DNA of 15,627 nucleotides from Desulfobulbaceae bacterium UBA5173 (GTDB lineage: Bacteria; Desulfobacterota; Desulfobulbia; Desulfobulbales; Desulfobulbaceae): contig DHWV01000106.1 of assembly GCA_002413355.1 (NCBI GenBank), positions 1 through 15,627 on the forward strand, given 5' to 3'. The notes beneath the pieces were generated by a model. That model did not search any database. It saw nothing but the letters and a program-made list of their open reading frames with translations, and was not told where the DNA came from. Every line of letters starts with the position of its first letter. The first letter of the stretch is position 1. Positions 6,566 through 14,985 of the stretch are shown in pieces. A program made the translations under genes and the position numbers.

Positions 6566-8245
6566 TCAGCCTAAAAATGCTTCCGTCTGCGGCTGACTGT
6601 CACGTTCTGCGGCAAGACTGAAGGCATCAAGCACATTGCTTGCAATAAACAGCAGCACCATCGGATAAGCGGAATGTAACGCCCGTTGAATTTCTGAATA
6701 CGAGGTGATGGTCAGCAGTGTGAGGATGAATGCGATGGAGCAGAGGCCTGCCAAGGCAGCCGCACTGGCTGCCGTGAACATGCGCAGCTCTCGTTTTCTG
6801 AGGCTGATGACAAGACGGAAAAGAAAAAACGCCAGCCCGGCCAGAAACAGCAACGGCATCATCTTTTTGTATGCTGCGCCGATGTTATTCAGTATCCTCA
6901 CCTTTTCCTTGTTCAGTTGGCGGTGATAGTCTGGATAGGAATCAAGCACCTTCACTTTATTTGGTAGCAGCTTTTCCCTCGTGACGGTCTCATACATCAG
7001 CATGGTGCTTGTAAGGCCGCGACTGGTCATTCCTTGCGTGCTGGCAGAAAATTCTCTAAATGAAACGGCTTTCTTTAGCACGGCAAAAAAGGTCGGCAGC
7101 AGCAGCTTGTTGTATTCTTGATGCCATGACGGAACCAAGCTGGTCACTCTGGGCTGGCACTCTAGCTTGCCTGTCGCGCAGGCTTGATCAATTTCCCGTC
7201 CAACAGCGGCGTAAAATTGCAGCGCGTCCGCTCCGCTTTTTCCATGACCGGCATAGACGACCGCGTCACGTAAAGCCCAGATGAAAAATGCCGCCGGGAT
7301 GTCATCGCTTCCTGCCAGATTTTTCCAGTTCTGTCCAACCGCTCCCTCAAGATACGGCTTCAGTTCGTTGAAGGCCGGACTGACCGCATAGGCTTTTTCC
7401 CGGACATCTTGGACAACTGGATAAAACTGCCGCCATTTGTCTGATTTGATGCGGAGCAGGCCACCGTAGGCAGATTCAAACTCATCTGTTTTCAGCTCAA
7501 TAGTGGAAAAAACGCCATAGTGTTTGTAATTGATGCTTTTCAGGGTGTAATTGACTGTCAGCAGAATCAGCCAAGGCAGCAGATACAGGCCAAGCAAGGT
7601 AGCTGATCGGGTAGGCTCCGCCCGTCGGAGCAGCAGCAGACTGGTCAGCATGAGCAGTAGCAGCGTGGGGAGTATCCAGACTGACTCCTCGCGGGTGTTC
7701 CAGAAGGCGGCAAGAGCAATGCCTGCCCCGGCGGACCATGCTGCCGCCCGTTTCCAAGAAATGCTAGAATGGACATGAATGCCGAGGTGGCAGGAAAAGA
7801 CCAGCAGACCCAAGGACAGATAAACAAATTCCCTGAAAATACGGCCGATCTGCGGATAATTGAATGAAAAGGGATTGAGCAGCAGAAAAAGGAAAAGCAG
7901 CGGCAGGAGCCATTTTTTGCGCACCGCCGGATAAATAGCCCAAACAGCGGTCAGCGCGGCGAACCAGTACAGTAGCTGCTGGGCGGCGAGCAAAGGAATG
8001 TTCAGCCAATGCGCACAAGCGATGAACAGCGGATAAAACGGCCCTTTGATCATCACGAGCTGGTCATATGGGCCGAGCCAATTGCCGCTCAAGAGATTGT
8101 GCGCCTGCGTGATGAACAGCTTGTCATCATGAGGAGTCTCTGTGACCATCACATAATGGCCGCTGACCAGCCACAATTTTGCCGCCAGCAGGAGCAGGGC
8201 AAAATACAAAAGATTCCTTTTGGAAAACAAACTGTCCATCATCAT
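6566..8245 (-). CDS. Polytopic membrane protein, GT-C-fold (ArnT/PMT-like) glycosyltransferase-like. About 8 N-terminal TM segments, a ~230-aa extracytoplasmic domain and 3 C-terminal TM segments
   Basis: Long uninterrupted ORF. Hydrophobic segment pattern with an acidic HDD motif in the first loop after TM1. AGGA precedes ATG 8245 (MMMDSLF...). The ORF-track start at 8275 is a TTG. The function call rests on architecture only. Confidence 0.6.
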   Translation of the reverse strand: MMMDSLFSKRNLLYFALLLLAAKLWLVSGHYVMVTETPHDDKLFITQAHNLLSGNWLGPYDQLVMIKGPFYPLFIACAHWLNIPLLAAQQLLYWFAALTAVWAIYPAVRKKWLLPLLFLFLLLNPFSFNYPQIGRIFREFVYLSLGLLVFSCHLGIHVHSSISWKRAAAWSAGAGIALAAFWNTREESVWILPTLLLLMLTSLLLLRRAEPTRSATLLGLYLLPWLILLTVNYTLKSINYKHYGVFSTIELKTDEFESAYGGLLRIKSDKWRQFYPVVQDVREKAYAVSPAFNELKPYLEGAVGQNWKNLAGSDDIPAAFFIWALRDAVVYAGHGKSGADALQFYAAVGREIDQACATGKLECQPRVTSLVPSWHQEYNKLLLPTFFAVLKKAVSFREFSASTQGMTSRGLTSTMLMYETVTREKLLPNKVKVLDSYPDYHRQLNKEKVRILNNIGAAYKKMMPLLFLAGLAFFLFRLVISLRKRELRMFTAASAAALAGLCSIAFILTLLTITSYSEIQRALHSAYPMVLLFIASNVLDAFSLAAERDSQPQTEAFLG

Positions 8246-8286
8246 GCCATCCTGTTGTTGTCGTTCGTTCCGCAAGACCGCAGTGT

Positions 8287-9210
8287 TTATGACTGCTTCT
8301 GCTGTTCTCGCTCGGCTTTGAGCTTTTTGTAATCCTCTTCAATCCGGCGGAGGTTGTCTTCCTGCTCCTGCTTCATGACCTTGACCTTTTCCATCACCTT
8401 GTCCTTCCTGATGGTCATGCCTTCTGCGCCAAAGAGTGTGTTGGCCAGGTATTTGAAGGAAAAAAGCATCAGCTCCTCATCGTCATGCCGGATGCGCTCA
8501 ACGGTTTCTGAATCAACCTCGTAGGTCTTCAAAAAGGAGCTTTCAAAGACAAAGCGGCGAAAATGGTCCAAATCAGTGGTGGCCATGAAGAACATCCGCT
8601 GCGCCGCTTCGGAGAGTGTGGCCTGGAGGCTGAAGGACTTGCGCCGCATCACCAACCGCAGCCACTCTTTATTCATCTCGTCGCGCAGATCAACGCCTTG
8701 GTCAGCCCGCCATTCCCCGACAGTCCAGCATTTCTGTTCTTCAAAGCCCTTACAGTGCGGCTCTTTGACAAGAAAAAAGAATTTCTCCTCTGCGCCTTCT
8801 TTGCCGCCTTCGTGGAAATCAGCCATGCCTACGGGATAATAACGGCAGGCGGTGGGACGGTCGGAATAGACCGTGCAGCCTTTTGGCGTGACAAAAGGGC
8901 AGGCGTTTTTTTCGCCGGTCAGCTTGATCTGCACGCCAGGCATGTCGGTTTTTTCCAAATAGGCCGGTTCGGTGTGCTGGCTGATGAACTCAGGTGCTGA
9001 CATGCCGAGCCGCTTACGCAGCGTCATGATGTCGTAGGGAGTCAGCACGATTTGAACGTTGTGGCAGCAGGCGGTGAAACAGCTAACTCCCGGATGGCAT
9101 TCAAATTTGATGGGTGAATCAAGGCTTAATTTTTCCGGCATGATGCTGGAAGGATTTTTGTTGGTCGATTGCAAGAAATCCTTTGCTCCGTTGTCGTTGC
9201 TGTCGCTCAT
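8287..9210 (-). CDS. YkgJ/UPF0153-family cysteine-cluster (putative Zn/Fe-chelating) protein with a C-terminal coiled-coil tail
   Basis: Cys-cluster ...FECHPGVSCFTACCHN... then ...NACPFVTPKGCTVYSDRPTACRYYP..., typical of the CxxCxxCC family. Lys/Glu-rich C-terminus. Lies 11-41 nt upstream of the membrane protein gene on the same strand. Confidence 0.75.
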   Translation of the reverse strand: MSDSNDNGAKDFLQSTNKNPSSIMPEKLSLDSPIKFECHPGVSCFTACCHNVQIVLTPYDIMTLRKRLGMSAPEFISQHTEPAYLEKTDMPGVQIKLTGEKNACPFVTPKGCTVYSDRPTACRYYPVGMADFHEGGKEGAEEKFFFLVKEPHCKGFEEQKCWTVGEWRADQGVDLRDEMNKEWLRLVMRRKSFSLQATLSEAAQRMFFMATTDLDHFRRFVFESSFLKTYEVDSETVERIRHDDEELMLFSFKYLANTLFGAEGMTIRKDKVMEKVKVMKQEQEDNLRRIEEDYKKLKAEREQQKQS

Positions 9211-9308
9211 AGTCTGCTCTCATCCTTTGGAAGATTATATCGAGGAGCTGATGCTCCCGTTTTTTTGTTGGCTGAAAATTGCGCATCATCCTCAAAGCAC
9301 CGCGCCTA

Positions 9309-10205
9309 TCAGTTGTTTTTCTGGATAAGTTTCCAGATATCCGTGAACAAAAAATGATCAAATGTTTTAATGTGCTCTTGTAACATAGCCTCTGAGCACA
9401 TATTTGGCCGAATGTCGCAGTAATATACCCCGTCAAGAGGAGTCAGTTTGATGGTGTAGCCTTTGAAATGTCCGGCAAGAAATGTGGTGTTGATGCCGTA
9501 TTGACCTTCTTTTCCTTTTCGCTGCACATCATTCAGGAACACAGCAAAATGGGGCGTATTTGTGTCAGTCAGTCTACTGTAAAGAAACTTATCGATAAAT
9601 ATTTTGTCTATCCTGTCTTTGCTTGATGTCTTTACAGAACCAATAGCTTTCGTTTCTCCTGCTGATCGAAGAATCAAGTCATGTTGATAATTCATACTGA
9701 AAGCTGTTTTTCCGTCTATGTTGACGGGAACAGAAATCGTGCCTGCTGTGACATCAACACCTGTTTCAGCAATGATCAGCCTGATGAACCGTTCAAACAG
9801 ATCGCCGTTGATCTTTCTCGCCGTATTAGATTCCTTTGCCGGTAAAGCATCAAGAGTCGCGCCGATGCACTGCTGCGCCGTGTAGATCACCCGATTAACA
9901 ACAGCTCGGTTTTCCCTGTTGTCACATCCCCTGATTTCCCTGATGACTTTGAGAAATATGAGACTGGCCTGTTGAAACTCCTCGTAATCATACATGAGGC
10001 TGGCATTGATCGGTCGTGTCACATTATACGTTCCGTCCTGCTTGTACTGAAAGAATTGATAGTTATTTTCGTTTCTTGACACGATTACTGCTTGCAAGTT
10101 TGTCTTGATGAATTCAAGATAATCAAGCGCGAAATGGATGTAATTTCCAGGCGTGCAGAACAACTCTTTGTTACAGGCGGCAACAACAAGGTTTCTGAGA
10201 TTCAT
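9309..10205 (-). CDS. Putative type II restriction endonuclease (PD-(D/E)xK-like), partner of the upstream methyltransferase
   Basis: 298 aa. Its start overlaps the methyltransferase stop (ATGA at 10202-10205). Candidate catalytic signature ...HDLILRS...AIGSVKTSSKDR... Same AT-rich composition as the MTase gene. No family recognised from memory. Confidence 0.55.
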   Translation of the reverse strand: MNLRNLVVAACNKELFCTPGNYIHFALDYLEFIKTNLQAVIVSRNENNYQFFQYKQDGTYNVTRPINASLMYDYEEFQQASLIFLKVIREIRGCDNRENRAVVNRVIYTAQQCIGATLDALPAKESNTARKINGDLFERFIRLIIAETGVDVTAGTISVPVNIDGKTAFSMNYQHDLILRSAGETKAIGSVKTSSKDRIDKIFIDKFLYSRLTDTNTPHFAVFLNDVQRKGKEGQYGINTTFLAGHFKGYTIKLTPLDGVYYCDIRPNMCSEAMLQEHIKTFDHFLFTDIWKLIQKNN

Positions 10206-11125
10206 CTGATAGAATTCCTTCTTTTTTCGTTAGCCCGGTCAAAGGCTATCCATTCTTCTTTGGTCTTTCGCTGCACATGCTCAAGCCGCTCCACAGCCCA
10301 GTCATTGTATTTGGCTTCAACTTCACAGCCAAGCCATCTTCTACCTAATTGCTCGGCTGCAACCAGTGTTGTTCCTGAACCTGAGAACGGATCAAGCACT
10401 CTGTCGCCTTCGTTTGATGAAGCAAGAATAAATTTGCGCACTAGTTCTTCAGGTTTCTGCGCAGGATGCGGTGTTTTCTCCCCCATGCCGTTGCATGTTG
10501 TCGGCACTTCTATCACATCCTTTGGTTTTGCCCCTTTCTCATGAGGCACCCATATATCTTTCCTCTTGCCACTGTTTCCGTACTGGCTTGATTCAGCCTG
10601 CGGATGTGATGGGTATTTCAATGTATGGTTTCCGTAAGAAATACGAACATCATCAATATTGAATGTCTGTTTCTTGCTCTTTCGCAGGTGGAGCAGGCTT
10701 TCGTGGGAGCGTCCCCAGTCGTTGCCAAGATTTGCTTTATTTTTATAATGCCAGACAATCCATCTGCACGACGCGAAATACTGCATCGAAGGATGCTTCA
10801 GATCAGCAAGAATTTCCGAAAAACCGCAAACGTATAACGTCCCGACTGGTTTCAAAATTCTTGCCGCCTCTTTGATCCACTGCATGGACCATTCAATATA
10901 CTGCTCCTGACTCTCGAACTTGTCCCATTCCGCTTTGTTAATGTTGTACGGCGGATCAGCAAAAATCAAGTCAATGCTCTCTGCGGCTAACGACCTCAGC
11001 CAGCTCATGCTGTCTCCTTGATACAGTGATCCGTTCTGCTGTTTATACAGCAAGCTGAACGGCATCTCCTTGACGACGCTGTGCCTTTTGCCCCGTTCCT
11101 GTCGTTCAAACAGCAGTTGCCGCAT
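10202..11125 (-). CDS. Beta-class DNA methyltransferase, probably N6-adenine specific
   Basis: Motif IV IFADPPYNI lies N-terminal to motif I VLDPFSGSGTT. This circular permutation is typical of beta-class N6A/N4C enzymes, and DPPY favours N6-adenine. An alternative start at 11065 (MPFSLLY) is possible. Confidence 0.9.
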   Translation of the reverse strand: MRQLLFERQERGKRHSVVKEMPFSLLYKQQNGSLYQGDSMSWLRSLAAESIDLIFADPPYNINKAEWDKFESQEQYIEWSMQWIKEAARILKPVGTLYVCGFSEILADLKHPSMQYFASCRWIVWHYKNKANLGNDWGRSHESLLHLRKSKKQTFNIDDVRISYGNHTLKYPSHPQAESSQYGNSGKRKDIWVPHEKGAKPKDVIEVPTTCNGMGEKTPHPAQKPEELVRKFILASSNEGDRVLDPFSGSGTTLVAAEQLGRRWLGCEVEAKYNDWAVERLEHVQRKTKEEWIAFDRANEKRRNSIR

Positions 11126-11340
11126 AGTTTTCGCTCATCATGTGGTATTGCTTCAGCAAGCCGCGCTGCTCCGCAACGCAACTATACGCCAAAAACTCCG
11201 GCCTGTCACCTGCGGCCTGCGCAGTCCACGCTGGACAATCCGCAGCCAGCAGTTTACAATACCTGCTTTTCAGGCGGTTTTGAGCAAGAAAGCAGATTTC
11301 TCGACAGATTGTGCAGCTGACAACAACAGGCGGCAGAGAC

Positions 11341-13017
11341 ATGGACAGCTACTGCATCGGCATTGACACAGGGGGCACCTGCACTGATGGGGTGCTGATC
11401 AGCAACAGCACGCTCACGGTGGTGCGCTGGGTTAAGGAGCCGACCACGCACCACGACCTCGGCATCGGCGTGGGGCGGGCGTTGGAGCGGCTGCTGGACG
11501 GATCAGGTGTGCCACCGGAAGCTGTCACCCGTCTGTCGGTCTCCACGACGCTGGCAACCAACGCGGTGGTTGAAGGGCGCGGGGCACGGGTCGGTCTGCT
11601 GGTTTTTGGCCATGTCCGCCATTTTAAATTGCCTGTCACAGCCAGCGTCTTTATGAAGGGCGGCCACAAGATTACCGGCGAGGAGGACGAGCCACTTGAT
11701 CTTGAAGGGCTGGTGGATTCAGTGCGTTCGATCCGGGGTGAGGTGGACAGCTACGCGGTGTGCAGCGCAATGTCGATCAAAAATCCGACTCACGAGCTGG
11801 TGGCGGAGGAGGCTATCGGCATCCTCGATCCCAAGCCGGTTTTCTGCTCGCATCAGGTCAGCGGCAGTCCGGGAATGCACGCCAGAGCGGCCACCGCTTG
11901 CCTGCACGCCCGCCTGATGCCGCTGATGGTTGGTTTTCTTTCCTCGGTGCAGATTTCCATGCTCAAGACAGGCCTGAACTGCCCGGTGACCATCATCTGC
12001 GGCAGCGGCAGCGGCGCGAGTCTGGACGAAGCAGTGCGGCGGGCGGCGATCACCGTGGCCAGCGGCCCGGCAGCCACGGCCCGCTTTGGCTGTACCGCCG
12101 GAGAGCAGACCGCGCTGGTCGTGGATGTCGGCGGCACAACCACGGATGTCTGCATGATCCGCGACGGCCATCCTGTCCTCAGCAACGAAGGCTGCCGAAT
12201 CGGTCAATGGCAGACACACATTGAGGCCATAGATATGTACACCGCAGCAGGCGGCGGCGACTCGCACGTCATCTGCGCAACCGAGGACGGCGAGGGCGGC
12301 CGCCTCCGGCTTGCTCCAGTGCGGGTGCAGCCCCTCTGCATGACAGCCGGACTGCCCGACCCGGAAGATTGGCTGGGCTGCGGCCTGCGCAACACCCTGA
12401 TCATGCCGGTGGAGGGCATTGACGAGGCCGCCGCCTCGCATGACGACATTTTGCGCTGCCTGCTGCTGCACGGGCCGCTCAGTCCTGAGTCGCTATCCCG
12501 TAAAACCGGGGCTGCCGGGGTGCTGCTGGAAAAATGGCTGGAGCGACTGACGTACCGCCAGCAGATTCGCATGATCGGTTTTACGCCGACCGATGCCCTG
12601 CATGTGCTCGGCAAATTAGCCATCGGCAACCGGGAACAGGCGGAGCGTGGGGCCAAGGCTTTAGCCGAAGCGATGAAAATAGACGGAGAAAGCCTTTGCC
12701 TCCGGGTGGTGGCGGAAACCGAGCAGGTGATTGAAACCATCATCCTTGACTATTTGGCCCGCAAAGTCTGGCCCGCCAGCGAAACAGCACCATTTTTGAG
12801 CAGCAAGGACAACCCGCTCTTCAGCCTGAGCGTGGCGGTAAAAATTCCGATCATCGGCATTGGCGCGGCCTCGCGCTGCTTCCTGCCCGCTGTGGCGGAA
12901 CGGCTGCGCACCACGGTCAGCTTCCCGGATTATTACGAGGTCGGCAACGCGGTCGGCGCGGCCTTGATCGGCAGAGAGGAGTTCCCTGTCTGCTCCACAG
13001 TTTCTGAGCAGGAATAA
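11341..13017 (+). CDS. Hydantoinase/oxoprolinase-family (ASKHA-fold) protein
   Basis: N-terminal MDSYCIGIDTGGTCTDGVLI and internal ALVVDVGGTTTDVCMI phosphate-binding motifs typical of hydantoinase A/oxoprolinase N-terminal domains. ATG 11341 is preferred to the GTG at 11311. Confidence 0.8.
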   Translation: MDSYCIGIDTGGTCTDGVLISNSTLTVVRWVKEPTTHHDLGIGVGRALERLLDGSGVPPEAVTRLSVSTTLATNAVVEGRGARVGLLVFGHVRHFKLPVTASVFMKGGHKITGEEDEPLDLEGLVDSVRSIRGEVDSYAVCSAMSIKNPTHELVAEEAIGILDPKPVFCSHQVSGSPGMHARAATACLHARLMPLMVGFLSSVQISMLKTGLNCPVTIICGSGSGASLDEAVRRAAITVASGPAATARFGCTAGEQTALVVDVGGTTTDVCMIRDGHPVLSNEGCRIGQWQTHIEAIDMYTAAGGGDSHVICATEDGEGGRLRLAPVRVQPLCMTAGLPDPEDWLGCGLRNTLIMPVEGIDEAAASHDDILRCLLLHGPLSPESLSRKTGAAGVLLEKWLERLTYRQQIRMIGFTPTDALHVLGKLAIGNREQAERGAKALAEAMKIDGESLCLRVVAETEQVIETIILDYLARKVWPASETAPFLSSKDNPLFSLSVAVKIPIIGIGAASRCFLPAVAERLRTTVSFPDYYEVGNAVGAALIGREEFPVCSTVSEQE

Positions 13018-13061
13018 CCTTGCTCATCAAAATGCAACAGAGGAAAAGGAGAACAAAGGCG

Positions 13062-14375
13062 ATGAAGAAGAAAATCGTGCTGTCAGCCGCTGTCTTAGCC
13101 GCGCTGACCGTCACAGCTCCAGCAGGCTCGGTCAACGCCGCAAGCATCCTCAGAACAGTGGGGACTCATCCGGTTTCACGCCCGCTGGCAACGGTGAATG
13201 ATTTGCAGGCCATGATGCAAAACATGGGCAGGGACATTCAGGCTGGCATGGCGGCGGCGGGCAATGCCGGACTGTTTCCGCTGGTGCAGGCGCAGATCAT
13301 TCAGCAGCCTGCGCGGATCGCCATTGTTGACTACCTGCCAGGCCAGCACATGGACTGGATGCTGTTCCGGCACAACGGCAGAGGCCGGGTCAAGGTGGCG
13401 CGGGATGTGACGTGGAGTGGCAATGCTCCGCTCCAAGTTTTCGAGTTTGCAGTGGACAAAGACGGGCAGCGTTACACGTTCGCCGTGCCGCTCCAATGCG
13501 GCAATCTGGCCCTGAAAGAATTTGGCCCGGCACCTATGCCGGTGCAGGTGGCTCCTGTCATTCAGCAGGTGCAAGTTCCTGTTCCCGGCCCGACGGTCTA
13601 TGTCCCTAAAGAAGTGATCAAATACGTGGACAGACCGGTTGAAGTGGTGCGGCAGATTCAAGTCCCAGTGCCGGGTCCGACCGTTTATGTTGACCGGCCG
13701 GTAGTGAAAGAAGTGGTGCGGCAGGTGCAGGTTCCTGTTCCCGGCCCGACGGTCTATGTCCCTAAAGAAGTGATCAAATATGTGGACAAAGAGGTGGTGA
13801 AGGAAGTGCAGGTTCCTGGCCCGACCAGGACGGTGGTCAAACGAGTCACTGTGCAGGGGCCAGCACGAACGGTCTATGTTGACCGGCCGGTGGTGAAAGA
13901 GGCAAAATGCTGCGAATCACCCTTCCATTTTATCGCTGACGGCGGCTACCTGCATCAGCAGGAGGAGGCGGACTACGGCCTTGGCAGGTTGGGCGTGGAG
14001 TATGTTTTCAATCCGCAGTTTTCTTTCTTGGCTCTGGCAGGCGGTGCAGCCAAGGCAGGCGGCGATGCCGGAGCAGATGCCTTTGTGCTTGATTTTCTCG
14101 TCCAGTACAACCTGTTTCAATGTTCCCTCAACGGCTCAACGTGGTCGCCTTTCTTTATTGGTGTCGGTGTCGGGGCATGGATGACCAACGGCGATGACAA
14201 CGTGAAGAGCGAGGACAGCGGTGCGGATTTGATCGCCGAGGTTGGCCTCCGGCTCTTCGGCAATCCGTTCACCACCAGCGCGTCCATTTTTGTTGAAGGT
14301 CGGGCGGCGACTGACGAGCTGGATGAGCTGAATGAATACGGCCGCATCGGAGGCGGCTTGCGCTTCAGGTTCTAA
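13062..14375 (+). CDS. Secreted outer-membrane protein: signal peptide, VPVPGPTVYV-type tandem repeats, C-terminal beta-barrel-like domain ending in Phe
   Basis: MKKKIVLSAAVLAALTVTAPAGSVNA|AS signal peptide. Central repeats (QVPVPGPTVYV-P/D-KEV/RPV...). C-terminus ...GRIGGGLRFRF has the aromatic terminal residue typical of OMP barrels. AAGGAG at 13046-13051. Confidence 0.8.
   Translation: MKKKIVLSAAVLAALTVTAPAGSVNAASILRTVGTHPVSRPLATVNDLQAMMQNMGRDIQAGMAAAGNAGLFPLVQAQIIQQPARIAIVDYLPGQHMDWMLFRHNGRGRVKVARDVTWSGNAPLQVFEFAVDKDGQRYTFAVPLQCGNLALKEFGPAPMPVQVAPVIQQVQVPVPGPTVYVPKEVIKYVDRPVEVVRQIQVPVPGPTVYVDRPVVKEVVRQVQVPVPGPTVYVPKEVIKYVDKEVVKEVQVPGPTRTVVKRVTVQGPARTVYVDRPVVKEAKCCESPFHFIADGGYLHQQEEADYGLGRLGVEYVFNPQFSFLALAGGAAKAGGDAGADAFVLDFLVQYNLFQCSLNGSTWSPFFIGVGVGAWMTNGDDNVKSEDSGADLIAEVGLRLFGNPFTTSASIFVEGRAATDELDELNEYGRIGGGLRFRF
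13566..13632 (+). repeat. Intragenic direct repeat, copy 1 (67 nt)
   Basis: CAGGTGCAAGTTCCTGTTCCCGGCCCGACGGTCTATGTCCCTAAAGAAGTGATCAAATACGTGGACA. Matches copy 2 at 65/67 positions, 156 nt (52 codons) downstream. Confidence 0.9.
13722..13788 (+). repeat. Intragenic direct repeat, copy 2 (67 nt)
   Basis: Differs from copy 1 only at 13730 (A->G) and 13781 (C->T), both synonymous third positions. Confidence 0.9.
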
Positions 14376-14384
14376 GGTTTCTTG

Positions 14385-14424
14385 GCCAAGACGGGGAGGC
14401 GACTCTCCGCTTGGCACGTTTTAT
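14385..14424 (+). terminator. Rho-independent terminator after the OMP gene
   Basis: Long interrupted hairpin GCCAAG-A-CGGGGAG-GCGA-CTCTCCG-CTTGGC (14385-14415), followed by ACGTTTTA. Confidence 0.6.
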
Positions 14425-14456
14425 CAACCCAATACCGATGAAAACAGGAGAGAGCG

Positions 14457-14912
14457 ATGGATAAAAACGAGGTGATTGCAACACTGAGGAATGCCGTGCG
14501 TACCCACAAGCAATGGGTTGGAAACGCCCACGCCCTCATTGAAGGCGTGCCGCTGGACAAGGAAAAAGTCCCTCTCAACGCCACGGAATGCGAATTTGGC
14601 AGATGGTATTACAGTGATGGGCAGAAACTGAAGAAGATCAGCGGATTTAAGGAAATAGAAATATCGCACAACAATCTGCACAAAACTTACACGGAAATCT
14701 TTGCAATCTTGTTTGGCGAGAGCAGAGAACCGTCATTTTTCCAGAAGATGTTCGGGCTTTCTCGTAATGTCGCTGCGGCGAACCGTGATGAAGCAATGGA
14801 AAAGTATCATGTCTTGGAAAAACAATCTGAGACGATCATTAAGCAGATTGAGCAATTGGAAAAGGTGATCGCAGCAATGGGAGAGACCCAGCTAACGATG
14901 TACCTTGCTTAA
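14457..14912 (+). CDS. Stand-alone CZB (chemoreceptor zinc-binding) domain protein
   Basis: CZB signature: THKQWVGNAH..., ...ATECEFGRWYYSDG..., ...ISHNNLHKTY (His/Cys/His/His zinc ligands). 151 aa. AGGAG 8-10 nt upstream of the ATG. Confidence 0.8.
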   Translation: MDKNEVIATLRNAVRTHKQWVGNAHALIEGVPLDKEKVPLNATECEFGRWYYSDGQKLKKISGFKEIEISHNNLHKTYTEIFAILFGESREPSFFQKMFGLSRNVAAANRDEAMEKYHVLEKQSETIIKQIEQLEKVIAAMGETQLTMYLA

Positions 14913-14936
14913 TCTACAGCAGGTTGCTGAATAATT

Positions 14937-14967
14937 TTCAGGCGGAAAAAGCGCAGTTCCGCCTGAA
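14937..14967. terminator. Hairpin between convergent genes (possible bidirectional terminator)
   Basis: 11-bp perfect stem TTCAGGCGGAA / TTCCGCCTGAA with a 9-nt loop. The flanking A/T runs are short, so intrinsic termination efficiency is uncertain. Confidence 0.45.
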
Positions 14968-14985
14968 GCGTCAAATTTCCCCGCA

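Noticed and set aside
6553-6600. Looked for a CRISPR array or leader downstream of cas6f. Found only a 9-bp inverted repeat, CAGTCAGCC (6563-6571) / GGCTGACTG (6591-6599).
   Set aside because: The convergent gene's stop codon is at 6566, and the inverted repeat lies almost entirely inside its coding sequence. There are no repeated 28-nt units and no T-tract, so this is neither an array nor a convincing terminator.
9244-9266. Short hairpin GGAGC-TGAT-GCTCC followed by T7 on the plus strand, between the REase stop and the ykgJ-like start.
   Set aside because: The T-tract is on the plus strand, while both flanking genes are on the minus strand, and the stem is only 5 bp. At best it is a weak antisense or insulating terminator, so it is not reported as a feature.
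11106-11342. 78-aa minus-strand ORF upstream of the methyltransferase, considered as an R-M controller (C) protein.
   Set aside because: It is Cys-rich with no helix-turn-helix pattern. It overlaps the MTase start region and the hydantoinase start, has no RBS, and its composition matches the GC-rich flank rather than the R-M cassette.
11719-12471. 250-aa minus-strand ORF, plus several 100-180-aa ORFs in other frames, within the hydantoinase gene.
   Set aside because: These are typical GC-rich antisense or off-frame ORFs (Ala/Arg/Gly-rich). The plus-strand frame carries the family motifs.
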